A DNA stretch of 64,000 nucleotides, taken from positions 83,387 through 147,386 of the forward strand of contig NZ_JAVKLM010000009.1 in NCBI RefSeq assembly GCF_031539105.1, read 5' to 3'. The position numbers and the translations under genes are program-made. A model generated the notes under the pieces. It made no database searches, had not been told where the DNA came from, and worked only from the letters and a program-made list of their open reading frames with translations. This stretch comes from Limnohabitans sp. Lineage in GTDB: Bacteria > Pseudomonadota > Gammaproteobacteria > Burkholderiales > Burkholderiaceae_C. Shown in pieces: positions 28,731-38,960 of the stretch. How positions within the stretch are numbered: the first letter of the stretch is position 1; the number at the start of each line of letters is the position of its first letter.

Positions 28731-30818
28731 ATGTCCCAGCGCCAGCTTTTCGTCACCACCGCCCTGCCCTACGCCAATGGCAACTTTCATATCGGTCACA
28801 TCATGGAGTACATCCAGGCCGACATCTGGGTGCGTTTCCAGCGCATGCAGGGCCACCAGGTCGATTTCGTGGGCGCAGACGACACACACGGCGCGCCCAT
28901 CATGATTGCCGCCGAGAAGGCGGGCATCACCCCACAACAGTTTGTGGCCAACATCGCCGCAGGTCGCAAACCTTATTTGGATGGCTTTCACATCCAGTTT
29001 GACAACTGGCACAGCACCGACGCGCCCGAAAACCACGAACTGGCTCGCCAGATTTATCGTGACTTGCGCGACATCCCCGAATCTGAAGGTGGCTCGCTGA
29101 TCGAACGCCGCACCATTGACCAGTTCTTCGACCCCGAGAAGAACATGTTCTTGCCCGACCGCTTCATCAAAGGCGAATGCCCCAAGTGCCACGCCCACGA
29201 CCAATACGGCGACAACTGCGAGGTGTGCGGCGCGGTCTACGCCCCCACCGACCTGATCAACCCGTTCTCAGCCTTGTCGGGTGCCAAGCCTGAGCTGAAA
29301 AGCTCAGAGCATTTCTTTTTCAAGCTGTCCGACCCACGCTGCGTAGCATTCTTAGAAAAGTGGACACAAGACGGCAAGCTGCAACCCGAGGTGGCCAACA
29401 AGGTCAAAGAGTGGTTCAGCGTGCGCACCAACCCCGATGGCACAACCAGCGAAGGTTTGGGCGATTGGGACATTTCGCGTGACGCGCCTTACTTCGGCAT
29501 TGAAATCCCGGATACGGCTATCAATGGGGCGCCAGCCAAATACTTTTATGTGTGGCTCGATGCGCCCGTGGGCTACTTGGCTTCGCTGAAAAACTTGCTC
29601 GACAAACGCGGCGAAGATTACAACGCCTACATGGCGAACGACAAGCTGGAGCAATACCACTTCATCGGCAAAGACATCGTCACCTTTCACACGCTGTTCT
29701 GGCCCGCCATGCTGCATTTCAGCGGCCGCAAAACGCCCAACAACGTGTTTGTGCACGGCTTCCTCACCGTCAACAACGGCGAGAAGATGAGCAAGAGCCG
29801 TGGCACGGGCCTGGACCCACTCAAGTACCTCAGCCTGGGTATGAACCCCGAATGGCTGCGCTACTACCTGGCCACCAAGCTGAACAACAAAAACGAAGAC
29901 ATCGACTTTAACGCCGAAGATTTCATGCTGCGCGTGAACAGCGATTTGATTGGCAAGTTCGTCAACATCGCATCGCGTGCGGCGGGCTTCTTGACCAAGC
30001 GTTTTGAAGGCAAGCTCACACAAAGTTTTGGCGAACAAGGCACCGCGTTGTTGAGTGATATTCACGCCGCCAAAGACAGCATCGCCCAAGCCTACGACGC
30101 CCGCGAATACGGCAAAGCCGCCCGCGAAATCATGTTGCTGGCCGACAAAGTCAATTCGTATGTGGACCAACACAAACCTTGGGACTTAGCCAAAGACGCC
30201 GCCAACAACGAGGCCTTGCACCAAGTGTGCTCGTTGCTCATCAACGCGTTTGCCGAGCTGAGCCGCTACTTGGCCCCTGTGTTGCCTTCATTGGCCCAAG
30301 CCGTTGAAAGCTTCACTGGCACCAGCATGCAAAACTGGAACGCCACAGGCAACGTGGCCAACATTCAACCCTACCAACACCTCATGCAACGCGTCACCCC
30401 AGAACAACTCGAAGCCTTGTTTGAACCCCCAGCCGTGGTGGAAGAAAAAGTCACCCCGGGTGGCGAAGAAATCGCACCCACCATTAGCATCGACGACTTT
30501 GCAAAAGTCGATTTGCGCATTGCCGAAATCGTCAACTGTGAAGCGGTGGAAGGGTCCACCAAATTACTGCGCCTCACGCTCGATGTGGGCGAGGGTAAAA
30601 CGCGCAACGTGTTCTCAGGCGTGGCCAGCATGTACAAGCCTGAAGACCTCAAAGGCAAGCTCACGGTGATGGTGGCTAACTTGGCCCCGCGCAAGATGAA
30701 ATTTGGTGTGTCTGAAGGCATGGTGCTGGCCGCCAGCCACGCAGACGACAAGGCCGATGCAGGCATTTACGTGCTGCACCCATGGCCCGGTGCTAAACCT
30801 GGCATGCGTATCCATTGA
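28731..30818 (+). CDS. metG: Methionyl-tRNA synthetase
   Basis: Start at [23 protein letters not shown] (HIGH motif), zinc knuckle [25 protein letters not shown], and a C-terminal Trbp111-like tRNA-binding domain. The 65 upstream ORF codons overlap the cupin gene and were trimmed. Confidence 0.97.
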   Translation: MSQRQLFVTTALPYANGNFHIGHIMEYIQADIWVRFQRMQGHQVDFVGADDTHGAPIMIAAEKAGITPQQFVANIAAGRKPYLDGFHIQFDNWHSTDAPENHELARQIYRDLRDIPESEGGSLIERRTIDQFFDPEKNMFLPDRFIKGECPKCHAHDQYGDNCEVCGAVYAPTDLINPFSALSGAKPELKSSEHFFFKLSDPRCVAFLEKWTQDGKLQPEVANKVKEWFSVRTNPDGTTSEGLGDWDISRDAPYFGIEIPDTAINGAPAKYFYVWLDAPVGYLASLKNLLDKRGEDYNAYMANDKLEQYHFIGKDIVTFHTLFWPAMLHFSGRKTPNNVFVHGFLTVNNGEKMSKSRGTGLDPLKYLSLGMNPEWLRYYLATKLNNKNEDIDFNAEDFMLRVNSDLIGKFVNIASRAAGFLTKRFEGKLTQSFGEQGTALLSDIHAAKDSIAQAYDAREYGKAAREIMLLADKVNSYVDQHKPWDLAKDAANNEALHQVCSLLINAFAELSRYLAPVLPSLAQAVESFTGTSMQNWNATGNVANIQPYQHLMQRVTPEQLEALFEPPAVVEEKVTPGGEEIAPTISIDDFAKVDLRIAEIVNCEAVEGSTKLLRLTLDVGEGKTRNVFSGVASMYKPEDLKGKLTVMVANLAPRKMKFGVSEGMVLAASHADDKADAGIYVLHPWPGAKPGMRIH

Positions 30819-32488
30819 TGCTTCACTTCTTCCGCCCCCATGTTGTTGATTCGCTGAAGGGCTACACCCGTCAGCGGTTTTACCAAGATGTGGGCGCGGG
30901 CATCACGGTGGGTGTAGTGGCTTTGCCACTGGCCATGGCGTTTGCCATTGCGTCGGGACTCAAGCCGGAGGCGGGTTTGTTCACCGCCATCATTGCGGGC
31001 TTTTTGATTTCCGCTTTGGGAGGCAGCCGCGTGCAGATTGGCGGGCCAGCCGGTGCGTTCATCGTCATCGTCTATGGCATTTTGGAACGCTACGGCTTGG
31101 CCAACCTCATCATCGCCACCGCCATGTCGGGCGTGATCTTGTTTGTCATGGGCTTGCTGCGCTTGGGCACGCTGATTCGCTTCATTCCCGTGGCGGTAGT
31201 CATTGGTTTTACCAACGGCATTGCGGTGCTCATCATGGTGTCGCAGCTGAAAGACTTTTTTGGCTTGCAAGTCAAAGCCATGCCAGCGGACTTCTTTGGC
31301 ATCTTGCGCACACTGAGCGACAGCTTTGGCACGCTCAACGGCGAAGCTTTGGGTTTGGCTGTGGTGTGTTTGGCGGTGTTGGCATTTTGGCAACTGGCCT
31401 TGCCGCGCATGGCAAGCGGCATACCCAGCACCAAGAGTTTTTCTACCATCCCCGGCTCCATCGTGGTGTTGGTGGGTGCCACAGTCGCCACAAAAATGAT
31501 GGGGCTTGAGGTCGACACCATCGCCTCACGCTTTGGCAGCATCCCCAGCAACCTGCCTGCCTTGGCATGGCCCGCCTTCAGCTGGGACACCGCCAAGTTT
31601 TTGCTCATCCCCGCCACCACGCTGGCCTTGCTGGGCTCGATTGAATCCTTGCTATGCGCACGCATTGCCGACCAAATGATGGCCGATGGCCCCTATGGCG
31701 ACCGCCACGATGCCAACCAAGAGCTGATGGCCCAAGGCATTGCCAACATCATCACGCCCTTCTTTGGCGGCATGCCCGCCACGGGCACGATTGCCCGCAC
31801 CGTGACCAACGTGAAAAACGGTGGCAACAGCCCCGTGGCCGGCATGGTTCACGCTTTGACATTGTTGGTGGTCATGCTGGTGGCCGCGCCCTTGGCAGGT
31901 GATGTGCCTCTGGCGGCGCTCTCAGCCATATTGATGTTCGTCGCTTGGAACATGGGCGAGTGGCACGAGTTTGTGCATTTGCGCCAGTTTCGCCTGCCTT
32001 ACCGCGCTACGCTGCTGTCGGTGTTTTTGCTCACCGTCATTGTCGATTTGACGGTGGCGGTCGAAGTCGGCCTCATTGCGGCCTGCCTGACATTCATCTA
32101 CCGCATCTCTAGCCTCAGCCGCGCTGAGCATATGCAAGCCAATGCGTTTCCTGAACTGGCAGGCAATGAAGCAGCAGTGCACGCCCACCGCTTGTATGGC
32201 GCTTTGTTCTTTGGTGCGGTCAAGCTGGTCGAAGCCATTGAAGAAAGCCTGCCCGCGCAAGCCGTGGTGTTGGATCTGAAAAACCTCATTTATGTGGACT
32301 CGTCAGGCGCTGACGCGCTGCTGGCCTTGGCACGCACTTGCAAGAAAAAGCATGTCCGCCTCATCGTCTGTGGCCTGGGCCACCAACCGCTGGACATGGC
32401 GCAACGCAGTGGCCTGTTGCACGCCTTACCTGACACAGACCTTGTGCCAGATTTGAGCCACGGTTTGGCCTTGGCCCTCGGTCGTTAA
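30815..32488 (+). CDS. SulP-family anion transporter with C-terminal STAS domain
   Basis: 557-aa polytopic protein with [20 protein letters not shown] and [23 protein letters not shown] motifs. STAS tail ([19 protein letters not shown]). Confidence 0.9.
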   Translation: MMLHFFRPHVVDSLKGYTRQRFYQDVGAGITVGVVALPLAMAFAIASGLKPEAGLFTAIIAGFLISALGGSRVQIGGPAGAFIVIVYGILERYGLANLIIATAMSGVILFVMGLLRLGTLIRFIPVAVVIGFTNGIAVLIMVSQLKDFFGLQVKAMPADFFGILRTLSDSFGTLNGEALGLAVVCLAVLAFWQLALPRMASGIPSTKSFSTIPGSIVVLVGATVATKMMGLEVDTIASRFGSIPSNLPALAWPAFSWDTAKFLLIPATTLALLGSIESLLCARIADQMMADGPYGDRHDANQELMAQGIANIITPFFGGMPATGTIARTVTNVKNGGNSPVAGMVHALTLLVVMLVAAPLAGDVPLAALSAILMFVAWNMGEWHEFVHLRQFRLPYRATLLSVFLLTVIVDLTVAVEVGLIAACLTFIYRISSLSRAEHMQANAFPELAGNEAAVHAHRLYGALFFGAVKLVEAIEESLPAQAVVLDLKNLIYVDSSGADALLALARTCKKKHVRLIVCGLGHQPLDMAQRSGLLHALPDTDLVPDLSHGLALALGR

Positions 32489-32528
32489 AATCTACGCAAT
32501 CTCAAGATATCCAATTAGGAAGCCCACC

Positions 32529-32732
32529 ATGTCGATTTTTCAACGTGACAACTACACCTCAGAAGCCACTCAGTTCATCGAGTCGCTCAAGGTCAAAAAC
32601 CCACTGCTCGAAAAAGCCCAACGCGATGGCCGCGCTTTGCTGTGGGACAAGCAAGTGAACACAGAAATTCAGCAAGACGTGCAAGCTGGCCGCGTGGCGC
32701 AAAAGCCTTACCCTTACCAAACGAACGCTTAA
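32529..32732 (+). CDS. DUF3460-like small protein
   Basis: 67 aa: YTSEATQFIESLKVKNPLLEKAQRDGRALLWDK. Position upstream of scpA is typical in Burkholderiales (from memory). Confidence 0.65.
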   Translation: MSIFQRDNYTSEATQFIESLKVKNPLLEKAQRDGRALLWDKQVNTEIQQDVQAGRVAQKPYPYQTNA

Positions 32733-32760
32733 AGCGTTCAGTTTGTTTTAAGCGCCCAAC

Positions 32761-33612
32761 GTGCATCCTGCCGACTCCACCCTGCCTAACGACGAGGCAC
32801 ACATCGCCTCTGTCATGCCAGAGGTGATCGACAACGTGGCCGTGGCCCGCCTGTATGGCGAGCCGCTGTTTGCCATGCCGCAGGATTTGTATATCCCGCC
32901 AGACGCGCTGGAAGTTTTCTTAGAGGCTTTTCAAGGCCCGCTGGATTTGCTGCTGTACCTCATCCGCAAGCAAAACTTCAACATCCTCGACATCCCCATG
33001 GCTGCGCTCACGCGCCAGTATTTGAGCTACGTGGACGAGATTCGCAGCCGCAACCTTGAATTGGCCGCCGAATACCTGCTGATGGCTGCCATGCTGATTG
33101 AAATCAAATCACGCATGTTGCTGCCGCCTAAAAAGGTGGCCGAAGGCCAAGAGCCCGAAGACCCACGCGCTGAGCTGGTGCGCCGCTTGCTCGAATACGA
33201 GCAAATGAAGTTGGCTGCTGCCAAGCTCAACGAAGTGCCGCAGTTTGGCCGTGACTTTTTACGGGCACAGGTCTACATCGAACAATCGCTGCAGCCCCGC
33301 TTCCCCGATGTGCATGTGGTCGAGCTTCAACAAGCTTGGGCCGATATCTTGAAGCGTGCCAAGCTGGTGCAACACCACAAAATCAGCCGCGAAGAACTGT
33401 CGGTGCGCGAACACATGAGCATCGTGCTGCGCCGCCTACAAGGTCAACGCTTTGTGGAGTTTGAAAAACTCTTCGAAGCCGAACAAGGCGTGCCTGTGTT
33501 GGTGGTGACCTTCATCGCCCTGCTTGAGCTGGCCAAAGAAACGCTGATTGAAATCACGCAGGCCGAGGCTTTCGCACCGATTTATGTGCGTTTGGCCTAT
33601 ACCCCCACATAG
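32761..33612 (+). CDS. scpA: Segregation and condensation protein A
   Basis: FQGPLDLLLYLIRKQNFNILDIPMAALTRQYL and the rest of the kleisin ScpA pattern. Confidence 0.9.
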   Translation: MHPADSTLPNDEAHIASVMPEVIDNVAVARLYGEPLFAMPQDLYIPPDALEVFLEAFQGPLDLLLYLIRKQNFNILDIPMAALTRQYLSYVDEIRSRNLELAAEYLLMAAMLIEIKSRMLLPPKKVAEGQEPEDPRAELVRRLLEYEQMKLAAAKLNEVPQFGRDFLRAQVYIEQSLQPRFPDVHVVELQQAWADILKRAKLVQHHKISREELSVREHMSIVLRRLQGQRFVEFEKLFEAEQGVPVLVVTFIALLELAKETLIEITQAEAFAPIYVRLAYTPT

Positions 33613-33676
33613 AAGACCCGCGTAAACTTCACCTCCTCTTGGCAACACAGGACTGGCTTTGCGCCACACACGTTCT

Positions 33677-34549
33677 ATGAGCAACACACACGCTTCGCCC
33701 TACGGCACTTTGCCCCCTGCCTCCCCCGTCGCCGCCCGCAAACCCATCAGCCTGCCAAGGTTGAACGAGCTGCGCGCTCGCGGCGAAAAAATCACCATGC
33801 TCACCGCTTACGACGCGACCTTTGCGGCTGTGGCCGATGCGGCGGGTGTGGAATGCATCTTGGTCGGCGACTCGCTGGGCATGGTCTGCCAAGGCCTAGG
33901 CAGCACCGTGGGCGTGACACTCGACACCATGCTCTACCACGTGGAAAGCGTGGCGCGTGGCATTCGCCGCGTGCAAGGCACGGCATGGATCATTGGCGAC
34001 CTACCCTTTGGCAGCTACCAAGAATCCAAAGAGCAAGCCCTCCGCAGTGCAACGGTTCTGATGCAGGCGGGCGCTCACATGGTCAAGCTTGAAGGCGGTG
34101 GTTGGACGAGTGACATCGTGCATTTTTTGGTCGAGCGCGGCATTCCTGTCTGCGCCCATTTGGGCCTCACCCCACAAACCGTGCATGCCCTGGGCGGCTA
34201 CCGCGTGCAAGGCCGTGGCGACTCGGCCACCCAACTGCGCCAAGAAGCCCTGGCCCTGCAAGCCGCAGGCGCCTCCATGCTGGTGCTGGAAATGGTGCCC
34301 GAGCCCCTGTCCACCGCCCTGACGCAAGAGTTGCCCACCTGCCACACCATTGGCATTGGCGCGGGCAACGGCACGGCGGGCCAAGTGCTGGTCATGCACG
34401 ACATGCTGGGCGTCAACTTGGGCAAGAACCCAAAGTTCGTGCATAACTTCATGGAAGGCCAAGCCAGCGTGCAAGCCGCTATGAGCGCCTATGTGGCCGC
34501 CGTCAAAGGCGGCACTTTCCCCGACAACGCCAAACACGCGTGGGCCTAA
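33677..34549 (+). CDS. panB: 3-methyl-2-oxobutanoate hydroxymethyltransferase
   Basis: [30 protein letters not shown] motifs. ATG at 33677 chosen over the alternative start at 33659. Confidence 0.93.
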   Translation: MSNTHASPYGTLPPASPVAARKPISLPRLNELRARGEKITMLTAYDATFAAVADAAGVECILVGDSLGMVCQGLGSTVGVTLDTMLYHVESVARGIRRVQGTAWIIGDLPFGSYQESKEQALRSATVLMQAGAHMVKLEGGGWTSDIVHFLVERGIPVCAHLGLTPQTVHALGGYRVQGRGDSATQLRQEALALQAAGASMLVLEMVPEPLSTALTQELPTCHTIGIGAGNGTAGQVLVMHDMLGVNLGKNPKFVHNFMEGQASVQAAMSAYVAAVKGGTFPDNAKHAWA

Positions 34550-34550
34550 T

Positions 34551-35414
34551 TTGCAAATTGTTCACACCCTCGCGGACCTGCGCAGCGCTTTAAAGCCGGC
34601 CGCCCTGCGCGCCTTTGTGCCCACCATGGGCAACTTGCACCAAGGTCACTTAGAGCTGATGCTAATGGCCCGCCAAGAGGTCGATCAGCGCGCCTTAACC
34701 GGCGGCATGACCGTGGCCAGCATCTTCGTGAACCGCCTGCAATTTGGCCCCAACGAAGACTTTGACACCTACCCCCGCACCCTAGAAAACGACTGCGCTT
34801 TGCTAGAAGCCAACGGCTGCGACGTGGTGTTTGCGCCCAGCGAAAAAGATCTCTATCCCGAGCCCCAAGTGTTCAAGGTGCAACCACCCAACGAGCTGGC
34901 TGATATTTTGGAAGGCGCGTTCCGCCCCGGCTTCTTTGTGGGCGTGAGCACAGTGGTGCACAAGCTCTTCAACATCGTGCAGCCAGACTTGGCCGTATTT
35001 GGCAAGAAGGACTACCAACAGCTCATGGTCATCCGTCGCATGGTGGAGCAAATGTCGCTGCCCATCGAGATCATCGGAGGCGAAACCCGCCGCGCTGAAG
35101 ACGGCTTGGCCCTGAGCTCACGCAACGGCTACCTCAGCGTCGAAGAACGCGCCGAAGCCGTGCAACTGTCGATGGCTTTGAAAGGCTTGGCTGCTGCGGC
35201 ACGTTCTGGCAATACGGCTGGGAAGCTGGATGTGGCCGCTGCCGAGGCCGCTGCGATGGAAGCCCTGCGCCAACGCGGCTGGGCCCCTGACTACATCACC
35301 CTGCGCCGTCAACACGACTTGTCACCCGTGAGCGGCCCCTGCGCTGAGCCTCTGGTGGTATTAGGTGCAGCTAAGTTGGGTAAGACGCGGCTGATTGATA
35401 ACCTCGAAGTTTGA
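34551..35414 (+). CDS. panC: Pantoate--beta-alanine ligase
   Basis: TTG start gives [11 protein letters not shown], followed by [10 protein letters not shown] and FGKKDYQQ. The upstream ORF portion overlaps panB. Confidence 0.93.
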   Translation: MQIVHTLADLRSALKPAALRAFVPTMGNLHQGHLELMLMARQEVDQRALTGGMTVASIFVNRLQFGPNEDFDTYPRTLENDCALLEANGCDVVFAPSEKDLYPEPQVFKVQPPNELADILEGAFRPGFFVGVSTVVHKLFNIVQPDLAVFGKKDYQQLMVIRRMVEQMSLPIEIIGGETRRAEDGLALSSRNGYLSVEERAEAVQLSMALKGLAAAARSGNTAGKLDVAAAEAAAMEALRQRGWAPDYITLRRQHDLSPVSGPCAEPLVVLGAAKLGKTRLIDNLEV

Positions 35415-35469
35415 GGTTTTTGTTTGGCTTGGGTTTTGGTGTTTGTGGTGGTTTTCTCCGGCTGAGGTC

Positions 35470-35541
35470 GTGTGCGTGAGGCACGGCGGCCGCCTCATGC
35501 TGGCGTACCAGAAATCGTTGGCCGCCGCACCTCACGCACAC
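35470..35541. repeat. 72-nt hairpin element, copy 1 (22-bp stem with 2 mismatches, 28-nt loop GCCTCATGCTGGCGTACCAGAAATCGTT)
   Basis: Left arm GTGTGCGTGAGGCACGGCGGCC, right arm GGCCGCCGCACCTCACGCACAC. Read directly. Confidence 0.8.
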
Positions 35542-35647
35542 GATATCGTTAGATAGAAAAATCTCGGCTCAAAAAACGCAATATCAAAGCAATTGCATTC
35601 CGCCAAAAACAGTCAAACCACACGTCTGCAAGCCGCAGTCTTCTTGT

Positions 35648-35709
35648 CTAGGGATTGAGCGGGTGACGATTTCTGGTACCCCAGCATGAGGAACCCGCTC
35701 AATCCCTAG
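35648..35709. repeat. 62-nt hairpin element, copy 2, inverted orientation (17-bp perfect stem, 28-nt loop that is the reverse complement of the copy 1 loop, 25/28 identical)
   Basis: Left arm CTAGGGATTGAGCGGGT, loop GACGATTTCTGGTACCCCAGCATGAGGA, right arm ACCCGCTCAATCCCTAG. Read directly. Confidence 0.8.
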
Positions 35710-35740
35710 GCGAGAAGCGAGCACAGCAAAAAAGCGACGC

Positions 35741-36796
35741 TTATTCGCCCTTAGCCCCACGCCCCATCAGCAAGGCCACAGCTTGCGCAGGTGTGATGCT
35801 GCCATCAAGCAGCGCCACCACAGCCTGTGCAATCGGCATGTCCACACCCAAGTGCTGCGCACGTTGCACCACGGTGCGGGCGCAATACACACCTTCAGCC
35901 ACATGACCGAGTGAATCCACCGCTTGTTGCAGCGTCAGGCCTTGCGCCAGGGCTAGGCCCACTCTGCGGTTGCGGCTCAGGTCCCCGGTGGAAGTCAGCA
36001 CCAAATCGCCCAAGCCCGACAAGCCCATGAAGGTTTCGGTCTTGGCACCCAGCGCCAGACCGAGGCGGGTAATCTCGGCCAAGCCGCGTGTGATGAGTGC
36101 GGCGCGGGCATTTAGCCCTAGCTGCAAACCGTCGCACAGACCGGTGGCGATGGCCAGCACGTTTTTGACTGCGCCGCCCACTTCCACGCCAACGATGTCG
36201 TCGTTGGCATACACGCGCAGGCTGGTGTTGTGAAAAGCTTGCACCATGGCGTCTCGCGCCGCAGCGTCGCTGCTGGCGGCCACCAAGGCGGTAGGCATGC
36301 CGCGTGCGACTTCTTGCGCAAAGCTCGGGCCGCTAAGTGCACCACCACGCAGCTCGGGGGCCACTTGGGCTTTGACTTCGTGGGCCATTAAACCCACGTT
36401 GATTTGTGACGCGCCTGCCTGCAACCCGATAGCAGGCAACGCTGCATTCGTTTGAGCTTGGGCCGCTTCAAAGCCTTTGCATAGCCACGCCACTGGCACG
36501 CTGCTGCCCAAGATGGGCGCGAGTTGCGTGAGCATGCCGCGCAAGCTGCTCATGGGCGAACCGATGACCACCAAGTCTTGCTCGGCCAACCAAGAACCCA
36601 AAGGGGCTGAAGACACGTGCACGCCTGCGGTGAAAGGCAAGCCAGGCAAGTAGCGCGTGTTCACGCGCTCGGCTTGCATGGCTTGAGCCTGTGGCACATC
36701 ACGTGCCCACAGCGTCACGGTGTGGTGTGTGCCAGCGTTGATCGCCAGCGCTGTGCCCCACGCGCCTGCACCTAAAACGGCAATCTTCATGGCCAA
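35741..36796 (-). CDS. gpsA: NAD(P)H-dependent glycerol-3-phosphate dehydrogenase
   Basis: N-terminal [12 protein letters not shown] Rossmann motif, plus [15 protein letters not shown] and GDLVLTSTG. Confidence 0.95.
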   Translation of the reverse strand: MAMKIAVLGAGAWGTALAINAGTHHTVTLWARDVPQAQAMQAERVNTRYLPGLPFTAGVHVSSAPLGSWLAEQDLVVIGSPMSSLRGMLTQLAPILGSSVPVAWLCKGFEAAQAQTNAALPAIGLQAGASQINVGLMAHEVKAQVAPELRGGALSGPSFAQEVARGMPTALVAASSDAAARDAMVQAFHNTSLRVYANDDIVGVEVGGAVKNVLAIATGLCDGLQLGLNARAALITRGLAEITRLGLALGAKTETFMGLSGLGDLVLTSTGDLSRNRRVGLALAQGLTLQQAVDSLGHVAEGVYCARTVVQRAQHLGVDMPIAQAVVALLDGSITPAQAVALLMGRGAKGE

Positions 36797-36807
36797 GCCC
36801 GTGCGCT

Positions 36808-37257
36808 TTATTGCTTGGTGGCTTCAGCCGCTTGTTGCTGCTGTTGTTCGTACATGGCTTGGAAGTTGATTTCAGCCAGGTGCACGGGTGGGAAGCCAGC
36901 GCGTTGGATCACGTCTGCCACGTTGCCGCGCAGGTAGGGGTAAATGATTTGTGGGCAAGCAATACCGATGATGGGGCCCATTTGATCTTCAGGCAAGTTG
37001 CGCACTTCGAAAATGCCAGCTTGTTTGGCTTCGACCAAGAACACCGCTTTGTCTTCAATCTTGGTGGTCACAGTGGCAGTCACCGTCACTTCCACAATGC
37101 CGTCAGCCACTTGTTCCATACCCACTGCCAACTGAATGTCAACCGACGGTTGCTGGGTGCTGGTCAGGATGGCGGGGGAGTTGGGTTGCTCCAAAGACAG
37201 GTCTTTCAAATAGACGCGTTGAATTTGAAACACGGGTGTTGCTTGTTCTTCTGACAT
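36808..37257 (-). CDS. secB: Protein-export chaperone SecB
   Basis: [19 protein letters not shown]...[10 protein letters not shown]...INFQAMY and an acidic tail. Confidence 0.93.
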   Translation of the reverse strand: MSEEQATPVFQIQRVYLKDLSLEQPNSPAILTSTQQPSVDIQLAVGMEQVADGIVEVTVTATVTTKIEDKAVFLVEAKQAGIFEVRNLPEDQMGPIIGIACPQIIYPYLRGNVADVIQRAGFPPVHLAEINFQAMYEQQQQQAAEATKQ

Positions 37258-37270
37258 GGGTTTTTCCTAA

Positions 37271-37307
37271 AACAAAAAATGCCCGCATCGGACACGCCGA
37301 AGCGGGC
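37271..37307 (-). terminator. Rho-independent terminator between grxC and secB
   Basis: Minus strand GCCCGCTTCGG-CGTGT-CCGATGCGGGC followed by ATTTTTTGTTTT. Confidence 0.7.
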
Positions 37308-37337
37308 AACAAATCGGGATGGCTGAATTATGTCAGC

Positions 37338-37595
37338 TCAAGATTGCAACAAAGGCAGCAAACCACCTTTGGCATCCAAGGCCACCAAATCGTCACAACC
37401 GCCCACGTGCGTGTCGCCAATGAAGATTTGCGGCACCGTGCGGCGGCCCGTGATTTCCATCATGTGAGCACGCGCTGTGGGGTCGGTGTCGATGCGGATT
37501 TCTTCGATCTGCGCCACGCCCTTGGCGTTCAACAATTGTTTGGCGCGAATGCAATACGGGCAAACGGCGGTGGTGTACATCTTGACGGCGGGCAT
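37338..37595 (-). CDS. grxC: Glutaredoxin 3
   Basis: MPAVKMYTTAVCPYCIRAKQLL (CPYC), TVPQIFI, GGCDD. GGAGAA RBS lies upstream of the chosen ATG. Confidence 0.9.
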   Translation of the reverse strand: MPAVKMYTTAVCPYCIRAKQLLNAKGVAQIEEIRIDTDPTARAHMMEITGRRTVPQIFIGDTHVGGCDDLVALDAKGGLLPLLQS

Positions 37596-37628
37596 GGCGG
37601 GTTCTCCGAAATAATTCAAGCCAAAAAA

Positions 37629-38036
37629 TTAAGCTTTAGCAACAGGCAGGTTAGCTTCTTTCCAAGCTTTCAGCCCGCCGTGCAGCGAATGCACCTTCTC
37701 GTAACCCAGTTTTTGCGCGATACCTTGGGCACGCTTAGAGCGCGCACCTGCGGCGCACACCATGATGACCGGTGTGCTTTTGTTTTTCACAGCCTTGTCC
37801 AAACGGGCTTCCAGCTCATCCAAAGGCACGTTCACTGCGCCTTTGATGTGGCCTTGGGCGTATTCGTCTGCACCGCACACGTCAATCACCACGCCTTTTT
37901 CGCGGTTCATGCATTGCACCGCCTCTGTGGGCGAAATACCGGTGGCTGCGGCGCCTTGCACCACGGGCAGCAGCAAAAAGAAGCCAGTGCTCAGCGCAAT
38001 GGCAATCAACATCCAGTTGTCGAGAATAAATTTCAC
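37629..38036 (-). CDS. Rhodanese-like domain protein with N-terminal membrane anchor
   Basis: Active-site loop VCAAGARS and GHIKGAVNVP. N-terminal TM segment. Confidence 0.85.
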   Translation of the reverse strand: MKFILDNWMLIAIALSTGFFLLLPVVQGAAATGISPTEAVQCMNREKGVVIDVCGADEYAQGHIKGAVNVPLDELEARLDKAVKNKSTPVIMVCAAGARSKRAQGIAQKLGYEKVHSLHGGLKAWKEANLPVAKA

Positions 38037-38140
38037 AGGGGAATCCAGTTCAAAAAAGCAAAAAGGGAGATTAAAAGTATCGCGTCAGGGCAGCATTCTA
38101 AAATCACGATCAATCTTTCACTGACTTTGTTTGAATCACC

Positions 38141-38884
38141 ATGTACAAACTCGTATTAATCCGCCACGGCGAATCCACTTGGAACCTTGAAAACCGCTTC
38201 ACCGGCTGGACCGATGTGGACCTCACCCCCACCGGCGTGGAGCAAGCCAAAAACGCAGGCAAGTTGCTCAAGGCCGAAGGCTACGAGTTTGACGTGGCCT
38301 ACACCAGCGTGTTGAAACGCGCCATTCGCACCCTTTACCTCGCCTTGGACGAGATGGACTGCACTTGGTTGCCCGTCATGAAAAGCTGGCGTCTGAACGA
38401 ACGCCACTACGGTGGCTTACAAGGCTTGAACAAAGCCGACATGGCCAAACAATACGGCGACGACCAAGTGCTGATTTGGCGCCGCAGCTACGACACCCCA
38501 CCGCCTGAACTCGAAGCACACGACCCCCGCAGCGAACGCGGCGACGCCCGCTACGCCAAACTCGACCCCGCGCAAGTGCCACTGACCGAGTGCCTCAAAG
38601 ACACTGTGGCTCGCGTGATTCCGTTCTGGAACGAATCCATGGCACCTGCCATCAAAGCAGGCAAACGCATTGTGGTGGCTGCACACGGCAATTCGATCCG
38701 CGCCTTGATCAAGTACTTGGACGGCATCAGCGACCAAGACATCGTGGGTTTGAATATTCCCAATGGCATCCCGCTGGTGTATGAGTTGGACGAAAACCTC
38801 AAACCCATTCGTCACTACTACTTGGGCGACGCAGAAGCTGCTGCAAAAGCCGCCGCATCAGTAGCCACACAAGGCAAGGCCTAA
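38141..38884 (+). CDS. gpmA: 2,3-bisphosphoglycerate-dependent phosphoglycerate mutase
   Basis: [39 protein letters not shown]. Confidence 0.96.
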   Translation: MYKLVLIRHGESTWNLENRFTGWTDVDLTPTGVEQAKNAGKLLKAEGYEFDVAYTSVLKRAIRTLYLALDEMDCTWLPVMKSWRLNERHYGGLQGLNKADMAKQYGDDQVLIWRRSYDTPPPELEAHDPRSERGDARYAKLDPAQVPLTECLKDTVARVIPFWNESMAPAIKAGKRIVVAAHGNSIRALIKYLDGISDQDIVGLNIPNGIPLVYELDENLKPIRHYYLGDAEAAAKAAASVATQGKA

Positions 38885-38960
38885 TCGTCCCTTCACAGCG
38901 CGCCTTCAGGGCGCGTTGTATATTGAGCTCCTACCAAATTTGTCATTCCTCGAAGGCCAC

